Part shown: in pieces, positions 10,546 through 20,153 of the stretch
Position numbering within the stretch: the stretch's first letter is position 1
Layout: each line of letters begins with the position of its first letter
DNA from: Promethearchaeota archaeon
Lineage (GTDB): Archaea; Asgardarchaeota; Lokiarchaeia; Sigyniarchaeales; SOKP01
Assembly: GCA_016840165.1 (NCBI GenBank)
Contig: JAEOSU010000072.1
Location: forward strand, 1-64,000
DNA: 64,000 nucleotides
Direction: 5' to 3'
Notes under the pieces: model-generated
What the model was told of the DNA's origin: nothing
The model's database searches: none
Seen by the model: the letters and a program-made list of their open reading frames with translations, nothing else
Position numbers and translations under genes: made by a program

Positions 10546-11481
10546 TAAAGCTTTTAGCTGAATTTCCTCTGTTGCTCCTTGACTCAACCGATATTCATAT
10601 TCAGCTAAGAGTTTAGATATTTGAATTTTAGTATCTTCTGAAGTCTCTAAGTTATAAATTTCACGGTGTATATTTTTTATGATATTTATACCAGAAAGCC
10701 CATATTCACTAATAATATCATTAAGAATCTTAATTGATAGTTGAAGTTGTCCTTCTATTGCGTTGACAAGGATTTCTTTTATTTTTTCGGAGGGCACTTC
10801 TCCAGCAACTCTAAATACAATATCCTCATTAATTTTTTTAGATATTGTTCCACAAGATTGTAAATAATTGATTGCTCTCCTTGCATCTCCTCGTGATACA
10901 CTCACTAACGCATTAATACCACCGGTGCTAAGGCTTAATCCTTCTTTTTGAGCAATTGATTTGAGTCTAGCGCCGATATCTTCGTCATTTAATGATGAAA
11001 ATCGAAAGACCACACACCGTGATTGAATGGGAGGAATTATTTTATTAGAATAGTTACATATTAAAATCATCCGACAGTTTTTAGTATATCTTTCCATTGT
11101 TCTTCTAAGCGCTTGTTGAGCCGCAGAAGTCATATTATCCGCTTCATCCAAAATTAGGATTTTAAAAGGAATATCCATGGGCGGTTTCGCTTTTGCGAAA
11201 TCTTTTATGTAAGTACGGATTACATCGATACCTCGAGCATCACTAGCGTTTAATTCCAGATAAGTGGAATTTGGAGCCATTTTCCTCCCATATAATTCGC
11301 GAACCATTGCTAAGGCAGAAGTGGTTTTCCCTGTACCGGCAGGTCCAGCAAAAATCAGATGGGGCATTGAGACATCTTTAACAAATTGTTTCAGACGCTT
11401 GATAATTCCTTTTTGATTAACAATATCATCTAAAAAGTGTGGTCGGTATTTTTCAACCCAGGGGCGATTTTCAATGGACAT
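10510..11481 (-). CDS. rfcS: Replication factor C small subunit
   Basis: PWVEKYRP, GPAGTGKT, ELNASDARG, LDEAD, SRC. Confidence 0.97.
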   Translation of the reverse strand: MSIENRPWVEKYRPHFLDDIVNQKGIIKRLKQFVKDVSMPHLIFAGPAGTGKTTSALAMVRELYGRKMAPNSTYLELNASDARGIDVIRTYIKDFAKAKPPMDIPFKILILDEADNMTSAAQQALRRTMERYTKNCRMILICNYSNKIIPPIQSRCVVFRFSSLNDEDIGARLKSIAQKEGLSLSTGGINALVSVSRGDARRAINYLQSCGTISKKINEDIVFRVAGEVPSEKIKEILVNAIEGQLQLSIKILNDIISEYGLSGINIIKNIHREIYNLETSEDTKIQISKLLAEYEYRLSQGATEEIQLKALLANIVMLKDLE

Positions 11482-11597
11482 GATAACACTTTCTTTAGCT
11501 GATTTGTAATAATTTATTTAAACAAATATTAAGAATAAATATATCTTAATTCTTATTTAATTATTTAAAGCATAATAAATACTATGATAAGAAGTTT

Positions 11598-12905
11598 ATG
11601 ACTGATTTTAAAATAACTAAGATTAAATCTCGTTGGATATTGGATTCTAGGGGAAATCCAACAGTGGAAACGGATATATATTCTGGAGACCATTTTGCGC
11701 GAGCGGCGGTACCTTCAGGAGCCTCTACTGGCGCTTTAGAAGCTCTTGAATTACGAGATGGTGGAAAAGCGTTTCTTGGAAAGCATGTCTTGAAAGCAGT
11801 CTCAAATGTTAATACAATAATAAGTAAAAATCTAATAGGGTTTGATGTAAGAGATCAGAAAGTCTTAGATAGAGGAATGATAACTTTAGATGGTACAAAA
11901 AATAAGGGAAATTTAGGTGCAAATGCTATCTTGTCAGTTTCAATTGCGGTTGCCAAATTAGCAGCAAAGTTAACTAAAAAGAAATTGTTTGAATATATTT
12001 ATGAATTAGCATACAATACCTCACGCAAGGATTTTTTAATGCCTATTCCGTGTTGTAACATCATCAATGGAGGAGAACATGCAGGAAATGATTTAGCAGT
12101 TCAAGAATTTATGGTCTTACCTGTTAAAGCTATGAGTTTTTCAAAAGCAATACAAAATGTAGTAGAAGTATATCACACATTAAAAAGGATTTTATCCAGT
12201 AAATATGGAAAAACTGCTATTAATGTAGGAGATGAAGGAGGATTTGCTCCTAATATATCCACAACAAGGGAAGCATTAAATGTTATAGGGATGGCAATTG
12301 AAGAAGCAGGTTTTAGTCTAGGAAATGATTTTTATATTGGTATAGATGCCGCAGCGAGTGAATTTTACCGAGATGATTTTTATTATATAGATAATGCTAA
12401 ACATTCAGAGGGAGAATTAATAGATTATTATCTAGAACTCCTTAGTGAATATCCACATGTGAAATCAATCGAAGATCCTTTCAATCAAACCGCATTTCAA
12501 GGTTTTGCGGAATTGACCCGCAAAGTGGATAGTTCAGTTCAAATTGTAGATGATGACATAACTGTGACAAATATCGAAATACTTCAGAGAGCAATAAAAG
12601 AAAAAGCAGGAAATGCATTACTTTTAAAAGTTAATCAAATTGGTTCACTAATCGAGGCAATCGAGGCATGCAAAATGTCATTTCAAAATAACTTCAATGT
12701 TATGGTTTCGCATCGTTCAGGTGAAACAGAAGATCCCTTCATAGCAGATCTAGCAGTTGGATTATGTACAGGTCAGATTAAAAGTGGTGCTCCTTGTAGA
12801 AGTGATAGAAATGCAAAATATAACCAACTTCTAAGAATTGAGGAACATTTAGGAGAAAATGCCAAATATCCTACTACTTTTGATTCTTGGAAAAAATTTC
12901 AATGA
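11598..12905 (+). CDS. eno: Enolase
   Basis: DSRGNPTVE, VPSGASTG, GDEGGFAP, LLKVNQIG, SHRSGETED. Confidence 0.98.
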   Translation: MTDFKITKIKSRWILDSRGNPTVETDIYSGDHFARAAVPSGASTGALEALELRDGGKAFLGKHVLKAVSNVNTIISKNLIGFDVRDQKVLDRGMITLDGTKNKGNLGANAILSVSIAVAKLAAKLTKKKLFEYIYELAYNTSRKDFLMPIPCCNIINGGEHAGNDLAVQEFMVLPVKAMSFSKAIQNVVEVYHTLKRILSSKYGKTAINVGDEGGFAPNISTTREALNVIGMAIEEAGFSLGNDFYIGIDAAASEFYRDDFYYIDNAKHSEGELIDYYLELLSEYPHVKSIEDPFNQTAFQGFAELTRKVDSSVQIVDDDITVTNIEILQRAIKEKAGNALLLKVNQIGSLIEAIEACKMSFQNNFNVMVSHRSGETEDPFIADLAVGLCTGQIKSGAPCRSDRNAKYNQLLRIEEHLGENAKYPTTFDSWKKFQ

Positions 12906-12913
12906 GTAGTTTC

Positions 12914-13573
12914 TTATTTATTCTCTTCTTTATTTTTGATAAATCGATAAATAGTCACATCTATCTGTTTTCTTTTCTTTGTATGAAAATAGAAACTCTT
13001 CTCTAAAACCATATTAAAAGGCAAAGAATATTCTACTTTCCAGTTGAATTTTGAGGAGTAGGATAAGATAAAATTTTGTACTTTTTTATTGGTGATGTGA
13101 ATAGAGTATATCACGTCGGACAATTTAAAGGCTTTTTTCAGAAATAAACGATCTGCTTTACTTGTTTGTACTCCAAAAGGGGGATTCATAATTGTTGTAA
13201 TTTTTGATTTTTTGAAAAAACCTGAATCATAAATTTCAAATAAGCTGATGTCGCTACATATAGGAAATATCATATGTCCAAGTTCTAATTTTTGGATATT
13301 GTTTCTTAGAATTTGTAATGCTAATGGGTCAATATCTATACTAACGATAAATCTGGGTCGAAAAAATGCAGAAGCAATGGAAAGTCTGCCCGTACCCGCC
13401 CCAAAATCAAAAATTATATTATTATGTATATCATTAAATTCAAATCCAGCAAAATATATAATATCAGCCGCACTATTTGCATCTATACAATATTGTTCTA
13501 ATTCAACTTTTGGATCTAAAAATGATTCTGTATTTTGAATTATTGCTATTAGATCTCTTTTGTTAATTGCTAT
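12914..13573 (-). CDS. METTL5-family RNA adenine N6-methyltransferase (non-canonical start)
   Basis: Reading the frame upstream of the track's 13273 start gives PKVELEQY, DFGAGTGRL and IDID, then NPPFG. The frame is closed by TAA just upstream of 13573; only ATA (13573) or ATT (13567) are plausible starts. Confidence 0.85.
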   Translation of the reverse strand: MAINKRDLIAIIQNTESFLDPKVELEQYCIDANSAADIIYFAGFEFNDIHNNIIFDFGAGTGRLSIASAFFRPRFIVSIDIDPLALQILRNNIQKLELGHMIFPICSDISLFEIYDSGFFKKSKITTIMNPPFGVQTSKADRLFLKKAFKLSDVIYSIHITNKKVQNFILSYSSKFNWKVEYSLPFNMVLEKSFYFHTKKRKQIDVTIYRFIKNKEENK

Positions 13574-13673
13574 CGCCTTTTACTTTAACCCTATTCGAGG
13601 TCTTTTTTGAACTATTATCATTAAATTTATTTAATTTATTTAATATTAATTAAATAGAGAATTTAAAAGATTT

Positions 13674-14282
13674 ATGTTGAACTCAATGAAAGAATCAGTG
13701 AAAAATAAGGATATAGTTCTTACTGGACAATATTTAGGGGTAGTAGAAGAGTTTCTGCCTGATAAACAATCCACTTTTGTGAAAGATGGGAAAATTTTTG
13801 CAACAAAAACGGGAATCATTAACATTGATGAGAATAAACGAGAAATTGAAATCCAATCCCATCAAGAAGAGAATAGAAAAACTGTTAAAGTAGACGATAT
13901 TGTAATCGGTACTATATTATTTCTAAGAAAATACTCAGTGGGAATTAATTTTCATACAATAAACAATAAAATCCATTTTAACAGCTCTTATTTTGGAAAT
14001 ATCCATGTGTCACAAATATCCAATAAATATGTAGATAAAATTTCTGATGCGTTTCAAATAACGGATATTGTAAGAGCAAAAGTTATTGAAGAGAATGTGA
14101 ATGAATATAAACTAAGTACAGTTGGTAAGAATCTGGGAGTTATTCATGCCGATTGCTCGATTTGTGGAACTGCCCTCGATAAAATAGGGTTTAATAAATT
14201 GAGATGTGAAAGATGTGGTCATGTTGAAAACAGAAAGCTTGCTGCTGATTATCGGGATGTTACCGAAAATCTTAGATATTAA
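13674..14282 (+). CDS. csl4: Exosome RNA-binding subunit Csl4
   Basis: GQYLGVVEEF, S1 domain (IHVSQIS...DIVRAKV), C-terminal CSIC/CERC Zn ribbon, ENRK. Confidence 0.93.
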   Translation: MLNSMKESVKNKDIVLTGQYLGVVEEFLPDKQSTFVKDGKIFATKTGIINIDENKREIEIQSHQEENRKTVKVDDIVIGTILFLRKYSVGINFHTINNKIHFNSSYFGNIHVSQISNKYVDKISDAFQITDIVRAKVIEENVNEYKLSTVGKNLGVIHADCSICGTALDKIGFNKLRCERCGHVENRKLAADYRDVTENLRY

Positions 14283-14350
14283 ATCATTCATCTAATTTTT
14301 TTAATTATTAAAGAGAATAGTTATAATAAAGTAATAGAGAAGATGGTATT

Positions 14351-14572
14351 TTGAAAAAAAATAAAGGAAGAAAAGTACTACATTTTTATAATAATACCGG
14401 AGATATCAATAAAATTATTCTTTTTCTTGAAGATATACAAAAAAAGATTAATTACCTTAGTTTAAATGCTTCAGTTAATGGAAAAGATATAAAAATCACC
14501 TTATTTGGCCCTCGAGATCTTCAAACCTTAGCTAGTGAACGATTAAGAGAACTAGCAAATAAATATTTATGA
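14351..14572 (+). CDS. Small hypothetical protein (possibly DUF2067-like)
   Basis: 73-aa alpha/beta ORF between csl4 and rpoL, a position occupied by DUF2067 in some archaea. Family call is inference from synteny. Confidence 0.55.
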   Translation: MKKNKGRKVLHFYNNTGDINKIILFLEDIQKKINYLSLNASVNGKDIKITLFGPRDLQTLASERLRELANKYL

Positions 14573-14666
14573 ATTTTTCTCTTTCTTTTCGTATATTAAA
14601 CCATAAAAGATTTATTTTAATTTAAATTAGATTTATTAATTAATTCGAGACTTTGGTGTAATAGCG

Positions 14667-15179
14667 GTGGCAAAGAAAAAAGTTGTTCCAGAAGAGGATG
14701 AAGACGAATTAGATGATTTTGGTAAAGATTTATTTGATGACGAAGAAATCGAAGGTGAATATCCTAAAATAGGAAAAAATGAAAAGAAAAAGGTTAAGAA
14801 AGATGCTGAGAACATTACGGAATTAGATGAAGAGGACACAGAATTAAGTGAAGAAGAATTCGAATTTGAAGAACCAGAAGGTCCTGAAAAACCAACGTAT
14901 AAATATCTTGACCTTGCTATTAAGAAGGGAGAGGGACAATACGATTATAAGCTATTAATAGAAGGTCAATCTCATGGGTTTTGTAATATTCTTGTAAACC
15001 ACCTTTTACAGCTTGAGGAAGTTAAAGCAGCAGCATACCAAGTCACACATATTGAACCCCCTGTGATTTTTATACGTCTTAAAGAGGGAAAAAAAATTAA
15101 AAACGTTATTCATAAGGGCATTGAAGCTTTGAGAAATGAAGTCTCTGAAGTCGAAGAACTCTTTAATAAATCAATGTAA
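14667..15179 (+). CDS. rpoL: RNA polymerase subunit L (Rpo11) with acidic N-terminal extension
   Basis: IEGQSHGFCNIL...VKAAAYQVTH resembles the RpoL/RPB11 core; csl4-rpoL synteny. Confidence 0.85.
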   Translation: MAKKKVVPEEDEDELDDFGKDLFDDEEIEGEYPKIGKNEKKKVKKDAENITELDEEDTELSEEEFEFEEPEGPEKPTYKYLDLAIKKGEGQYDYKLLIEGQSHGFCNILVNHLLQLEEVKAAAYQVTHIEPPVIFIRLKEGKKIKNVIHKGIEALRNEVSEVEELFNKSM

Positions 15180-15241
15180 GGATTGAATCTTCTTTTCTAT
15201 ATATTAAAATTTTTTAAGATGATAAAATTCAAGCTAGTATT

Positions 15242-15700
15242 ATGGTTTATGATTATTTATTAAAAGAAATAAATAAACATCTTTCACAAAAAGTAATTGG
15301 TACCCATAAAGGTCTTGCTAAAATTGGCGATGAGCTTGTAAATTTTGTTTATTCGGTCGCCAAATCTATTTATTTAACAAAAAATAATACTCACAGGAGT
15401 ATTATATTAACTAGTAGAAAAGTAGGCAAAAAAATATTAGCATATGCACTCAAAGAGGCTAATATGAAACAATTTGCGAAGAATCGTGCTGATGCCCACG
15501 ATCTTGCTGATACCGTAGAAGCGATTATAGCTTATGTATGGTTGAGTAAAAAAATGCAAATAGAAGAGTTTATTGATTTTCTTGTGGATAATTTTGCTGG
15601 TAATTTGAGTGAACGTAATGAGGAGATTGTACAAGCGCAAGTTGCATTTGTAAAATTATTAAATCATGTTAAACCATTTCTACCGGAGAATGAATTATGA
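15242..15700 (+). CDS. Archaeal ribonuclease III-family protein (no dsRBD)
   Basis: LAKIGDELVNF and ADTVEAIIAY match the two RNase III catalytic motifs. Confidence 0.8.
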   Translation: MVYDYLLKEINKHLSQKVIGTHKGLAKIGDELVNFVYSVAKSIYLTKNNTHRSIILTSRKVGKKILAYALKEANMKQFAKNRADAHDLADTVEAIIAYVWLSKKMQIEEFIDFLVDNFAGNLSERNEEIVQAQVAFVKLLNHVKPFLPENEL

Positions 15701-16257
15701 AAAATTTCCCTATCACCATCGGATTTGATGATTCGAAATTCCAATTAAAATCAAATGTCAAAAAGACTCAACTTATAGGAGTAGTTTGCCAAGGAACAAG
15801 ACTGGTTAATGTTATTATCGATGAGATCGCAATAGATGGAGATGACGCGACGGATACGCTCATTAGGCTAACAAATCGTTATATAAAAGAGATCCAATAT
15901 ATCTTAACTGATACCATTACCTTTGGTGGATTCAATATTATAGATATGGAACATATCTACGCTTTAACGGAGAAACCTATTATTGCTATCACTGACTCGC
16001 AAGTTGACCTTAATTCCGTGGAAGCTGCGTTAAAAAAAAATTTTCCTGATAATTACAATTCAAAGATGCGGAAAATAATTAAAGCAGGAGATTTATATGA
16101 AACTGAAATATTAACCGCAGGAGGCCCCTCTAAAGTATACTACCACGTTAAGGGTGCCCCTCCAAAGGAAGTGAATGAACTATTAGAAAAAGTATGCATT
16201 GATTCTAAACTTCCTGAACCTATCCGAATTGCTCATTTAATAGGGAAAGCTTTATAA
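15697..16257 (+). CDS. DUF99 / endonuclease dU family protein
   Basis: IGFDD, IDGDDAT, ITFGGFNIID, LPEPIRIAHLI. Confidence 0.88.
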   Translation: MKNFPITIGFDDSKFQLKSNVKKTQLIGVVCQGTRLVNVIIDEIAIDGDDATDTLIRLTNRYIKEIQYILTDTITFGGFNIIDMEHIYALTEKPIIAITDSQVDLNSVEAALKKNFPDNYNSKMRKIIKAGDLYETEILTAGGPSKVYYHVKGAPPKEVNELLEKVCIDSKLPEPIRIAHLIGKAL

Positions 16258-16288
16258 AAGTTTAAATTGTTTATTTATACTTTCTCGA

Positions 16289-16762
16289 CTAATAAGTGGC
16301 AATTTCATATTCTAAAATTTCTTTCATTCTCTGTCTAAGTTCAGGACGAATTGCAGACATACCATAGGTTTTTAAACCGCCCAGCTTACTCTGTACGACT
16401 TGCGCTGGTAAGGCATTCGGTAGATCCTGTTTGTTTGCGATAGCAATTATTTTCATGCCAATTGAACGTTCAAATCTATCATAGAGTTCCTTCGTCTTAG
16501 TGACATTTTCTTCGGTGGAATCACAGATTATAACCGCTAAACCTGCACCCCGCAAAAAGTCTTTCCACATAAATTTAAACCTTTTTTGGCCCCCTAAATC
16601 CCAGATAGAACATTTTTTCCCATTGAGTATGGAATCCTCTACTTCTAAACCAACCGTTGGCACTCGTTCTTGTGGTACCTCTCTTCCTTGAAGCAGCGAT
16701 AAGAGCGAAGTTTTTCCAACTCCTCCCTCCCCAATTAAGCAAATTTTTTGCTTTGTATTTAT
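16289..16762 (-). CDS. Small Arf/Ras-like GTPase (start uncertain)
   Basis: Upstream extension gives KICLIGEGGVGKT (G1), then PTVG (G2), WDLGGQ (G3), NKQD (G4), SA (G5). Start is ATA 16762, or ATG 16780 with read-through of TGA. Confidence 0.88.
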   Translation of the reverse strand: MNTKQKICLIGEGGVGKTSLLSLLQGREVPQERVPTVGLEVEDSILNGKKCSIWDLGGQKRFKFMWKDFLRGAGLAVIICDSTEENVTKTKELYDRFERSIGMKIIAIANKQDLPNALPAQVVQSKLGGLKTYGMSAIRPELRQRMKEILEYEIATY

Positions 16763-17007
16763 GACCTTACATCAACCCATCCTAATTAAATCGATCTTAA
16801 TTAGAAAAGGCTAAAAAAAATTCAAAAATTCAAATAATATTCACATAACATGGAATTTAATATTGAAAAATGCTTATCAAGAGGAAAAAAATAAGAAGAA
16901 AACTCCAAACTAAATTGATAATATAGTATATCTGTTAATTGTAGATAAAAAATACTAAAAAGAAGATTAAATATAATTTGGGAAAAAATCAAAAAAAAAG
17001 AAAATCT

Positions 17008-18309
17008 TTAAGCTCCTGTTTCTAAATCCTTAATAATTCCAACAGCGACCGTTCTACCCATATCCCGAACCGCAAATCTTCCCATTTCTGGAATGTCTTG
17101 GTATTTTTCAGCGCAAAGCTTTTTAATTGGTTGTAATTTAACGATAGCTGATTCATTTCGCTTTAAAAACTTAGGATTATCTTCTATGACAGCTCCTGTT
17201 TTTTGGTCAAGTTTTTTGCTTAACTCGACGAATTTAGCAGCAACTTGAGCAGTATGGCTATGGACTACAGGAGTATAGCCTTGCGCAATAGCAGTTGGAT
17301 GCCAAATGACAATAATTTGTCCAGTCCAGTTACCATTAGGAGTAATTACTGTTGGAACACTACTGGGATGGCCCATACAGTCACCGCGACCAACATCCTT
17401 AAGTTCGATACCACGGATGCTAAAACCGATATTATCACCGGGTTCTGCTTGTGGAATCTCTTCATGATGCATTTCAATACTTCGAATCTCTCCTTGGAAA
17501 CCAGTTGGCATGATAACGATTTTATCCCCTTTCTTTAAGATTCCAGTTTCGACTCTTCCAACGGGAACTACGCCAGTACCCTTAATTCGATAAGCATCTT
17601 GAATTGGAATTCGTAAAGGTTTATCAGTGGGTTTCGGAGGAATTTCAAATTCATCGATCGCATCAATTAATGTAGGTCCATCATACCAAGGCATTTTATC
17701 GCTTTTTTCAGTTAAGTTTTCGCCTGTCATTCCACTAGTTGGAACAAATTTAATGTTCTTGACGGGATAACCTATTTGTTTAAGCAATGCTGAAACGGAT
17801 TCTTTGCATTCATTATATCGATCTTCAGAGTAATCATAGTTATCTGCTTTATTAATCGCAACAACTAATTGTTTTACTCCCAGTGTTTGAGCTAAGTAAG
17901 CATGTTCTCTTGTTTGACCATTGGCAGCAATTCCAACTTCCATTTCTCCTTTTTTTCCAGAAACCACCAAGATCGCAGCATCGGCTTGAGATGCACCAGT
18001 AATCATGTTCTTTACAAAATCAGCATGACCTGGAGCATCAATAATGGTGAAGTATTTTGATTTAGTTTCAAATTTTCGAAATGCTAAATCAATAGTAATT
18101 CCACGTTGTCGTTCTTCTTTAAGCTTATCAAAGACGTATGCGTATGACCATGAGGGTCTGTCATATTCTTTTGCGATTTTTTCTAATTCTCTGGCTTCTC
18201 GGTCACTCACAGCACCAGTTTTGATGAGTAAAGCGCCCATCATAGTGGATTTACCGTGGTCTATGTGCCCGATAATGACCAGATTAAGATGAGGTTTTTC
18301 AGTAGGCAT
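17008..18309 (-). CDS. tuf: Translation elongation factor EF-1alpha
   Basis: GHIDHGKST, RGITID, DAPGH, NKAD, GRFAVRDMG. Confidence 0.98.
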   Translation of the reverse strand: MPTEKPHLNLVIIGHIDHGKSTMMGALLIKTGAVSDREARELEKIAKEYDRPSWSYAYVFDKLKEERQRGITIDLAFRKFETKSKYFTIIDAPGHADFVKNMITGASQADAAILVVSGKKGEMEVGIAANGQTREHAYLAQTLGVKQLVVAINKADNYDYSEDRYNECKESVSALLKQIGYPVKNIKFVPTSGMTGENLTEKSDKMPWYDGPTLIDAIDEFEIPPKPTDKPLRIPIQDAYRIKGTGVVPVGRVETGILKKGDKIVIMPTGFQGEIRSIEMHHEEIPQAEPGDNIGFSIRGIELKDVGRGDCMGHPSSVPTVITPNGNWTGQIIVIWHPTAIAQGYTPVVHSHTAQVAAKFVELSKKLDQKTGAVIEDNPKFLKRNESAIVKLQPIKKLCAEKYQDIPEMGRFAVRDMGRTVAVGIIKDLETGA

Positions 18310-18475
18310 AATTCATCAATTTCCTCAATATTGTTTTATATTAATTAATTTTGAAATGTTTCTATATTTAGATTAAATGATAACTACTTTAATGATGTCC
18401 AATATATATTTTTTACTATAATTTTGAGTTATGGTCTATAAGAAATGACCATTATCTAAATTTTTAAAGGGATTA

Positions 18476-18958
18476 TCATGTAGTATTTTTCTTAGGAGTG
18501 GGGGATATGTAATCTCCTTCGAGATCTGCGAACAGTTGGTCTTTATGATTTCTAAATAATTTAAAAATAGATTGAATTTCTGATTGGAAATTGATTAGGT
18601 TTCCATTATCGAGATAAATTTCATCAATGACCTTTTCTTCTAAGAACTTCTCAAAAATGAGATCAAGGTTTTGTATATTATATCGGGTTTCTCTGAAATA
18701 ATCTAATAGATGGTGAATATAAAAAGCTTTAACATGTAAATTATCATCAATTCGTTTTAAATCTCTATCTTTTTTGTAAAAATACCGTAATTGCTTTACT
18801 ATGATTCGTTCATCTATATTATGGAGGTTGAGAGAGACAGTTTGAGACTCCTCAACCCACTGGGTAGCATAGTCGATATTTCTATCAACATAATTAGCAA
18901 TGAGCCTATCTATCCCCGCTTTATCTGTCCATCTATTATGAACAAGCCAATTTGGAAC
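18476..18958 (-). CDS. Unannotated 160-aa putative metal-dependent hydrolase (GTT start)
   Basis: Stop-free frame VPNWLVHNRW...VDRNID...YIHHLLDY...TT-TGA, with SD-like AGGGGA 6 nt before GTT. Absent from the ORF track. Confidence 0.7.
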   Translation of the reverse strand, partial: VPNWLVHNRWTDKAGIDRLIANYVDRNIDYATQWVEESQTVSLNLHNIDERIIVKQLRYFYKKDRDLKRIDDNLHVKAFYIHHLLDYFRETRYNIQNLDLIFEKFLEEKVIDEIYLDNGNLINFQSEIQSIFKLFRNHKDQLFADLEGDYISPTPKKNTT

Positions 18959-19110
18959 GTCTAATCCCCTTTTTACATTTAAATTGTAATATTATTTGAG
19001 TAAATTGAAAACTAAACTTAAGCGTTTCGAATCATAAAAATAAAAAAAAAAGGAACCTTAACTAATTATATATATTTATAAGTTAAAATTTTAAAAAAAG
19101 GAGATTAATT

Positions 19111-19935
19111 ATGGTAAAAAGTAGGACACCGTTTCCGAAAGAGGGAGAGTTTGTCATTGGTCGTGTGGTAGATATTCAACAACAATATATTTATGTCGAT
19201 TTATTGGACTATGAAGGGTTAACCTCAGAGGAATATGCTCGAGGGATGATTCATATTAGTGAAATTTCAAGCCGATGGATCAAAAACATACGTAATTTTG
19301 CACGAGTGGGGCAAAGGATTGTAGTACGGGTGTTAAGAGTCGATCAGTCAAAGGGGCATGTGGATTTATCCTTGCGAAGGGTTAATTCGGCACAAAAAGA
19401 CAATCGTATGAAGGAGTGGAAATATGCTGTAAAATATGAAAACCTCTTACAATTTTTTACCGAAGTGGAAGGAATTAATCTCAATTTAGATCAAGCGTAT
19501 AAACTCATAGGATGGCCTGTGTTAGATAAATTTGATTCTTATCAAGAAGGAATTGAGTCCTTAAAAGAATATGGAGATGAAATCCTCCAAAGTCTCGGAA
19601 ATTTAACTGAGGATCAAATTAAGGCTTTTATAAATGTTGTAAATGAGAATGTCGAAATTTCGACGGTAAGTATCATTGGAAAGCTAAAATTGATGAATAC
19701 AGACGGAGATGGTGTGGAAAAGATCAAAAATACTCTTAATGAAGCCAAACAAGTTGTCGAAAAGCCAAAAGAAACACGTAATATAAAGATTTCATATATT
19801 GGAGCGCCATTTTATCGTGTTGAAGTTGTTTCTAAAGATTATTTGGATGCAGAGAATATTCTCTCTGATTCACTAGAAATAATTGAATTAAGGTCAAAGG
19901 AGTATAATAGTACTTATGAATTTATTCGAGATTAA
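19111..19935 (+). CDS. eif2a: Translation initiation factor 2 alpha subunit
   Basis: FPKEGEFVIG, IHISEISSRWIKNIR, GHVDLSLRRV, YIGAPFYR. Confidence 0.96.
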   Translation: MVKSRTPFPKEGEFVIGRVVDIQQQYIYVDLLDYEGLTSEEYARGMIHISEISSRWIKNIRNFARVGQRIVVRVLRVDQSKGHVDLSLRRVNSAQKDNRMKEWKYAVKYENLLQFFTEVEGINLNLDQAYKLIGWPVLDKFDSYQEGIESLKEYGDEILQSLGNLTEDQIKAFINVVNENVEISTVSIIGKLKLMNTDGDGVEKIKNTLNEAKQVVEKPKETRNIKISYIGAPFYRVEVVSKDYLDAENILSDSLEIIELRSKEYNSTYEFIRD

Positions 19936-19961
19936 AATCAACTTACTAAATGAGATTTAAT

Positions 19962-20153
19962 ATGACAAAATATCTCCAGAAATGTAAGGAATGCGGTGAG
20001 TATGGTATAGCAAATCCGGATTCTAAATGCAAACATTGCGGGGGCCAGTTAATAAACCCAAAACCAGCTAAATTCTCACTTATAGATAAGTATGGAGATT
20101 ATCGGCTCATTTATTTCAAAGAGGAATTTAAGAAGAGATTTGAAAAGGATTAG
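19962..20153 (+). CDS. nop10: H/ACA RNP protein Nop10
   Basis: CxxC...CxxCGG Zn ribbon, PAKFSLIDKYGDYR; follows aIF2alpha. Confidence 0.9.
   Translation: MTKYLQKCKECGEYGIANPDSKCKHCGGQLINPKPAKFSLIDKYGDYRLIYFKEEFKKRFEKD

Noticed and set aside
12540-12575. Enolase motif VDDDITVTN instead of the usual VGDDL
   Set aside because: Metal-binding Asp and other catalytic motifs are intact; a single substitution does not support a changed function.
16190-16288. SECIS element downstream of the TGA-preceded GTPase
   Set aside because: An AUGA occurs, but I could not build a convincing helix and GA quartet by eye; needs a covariance-model search.
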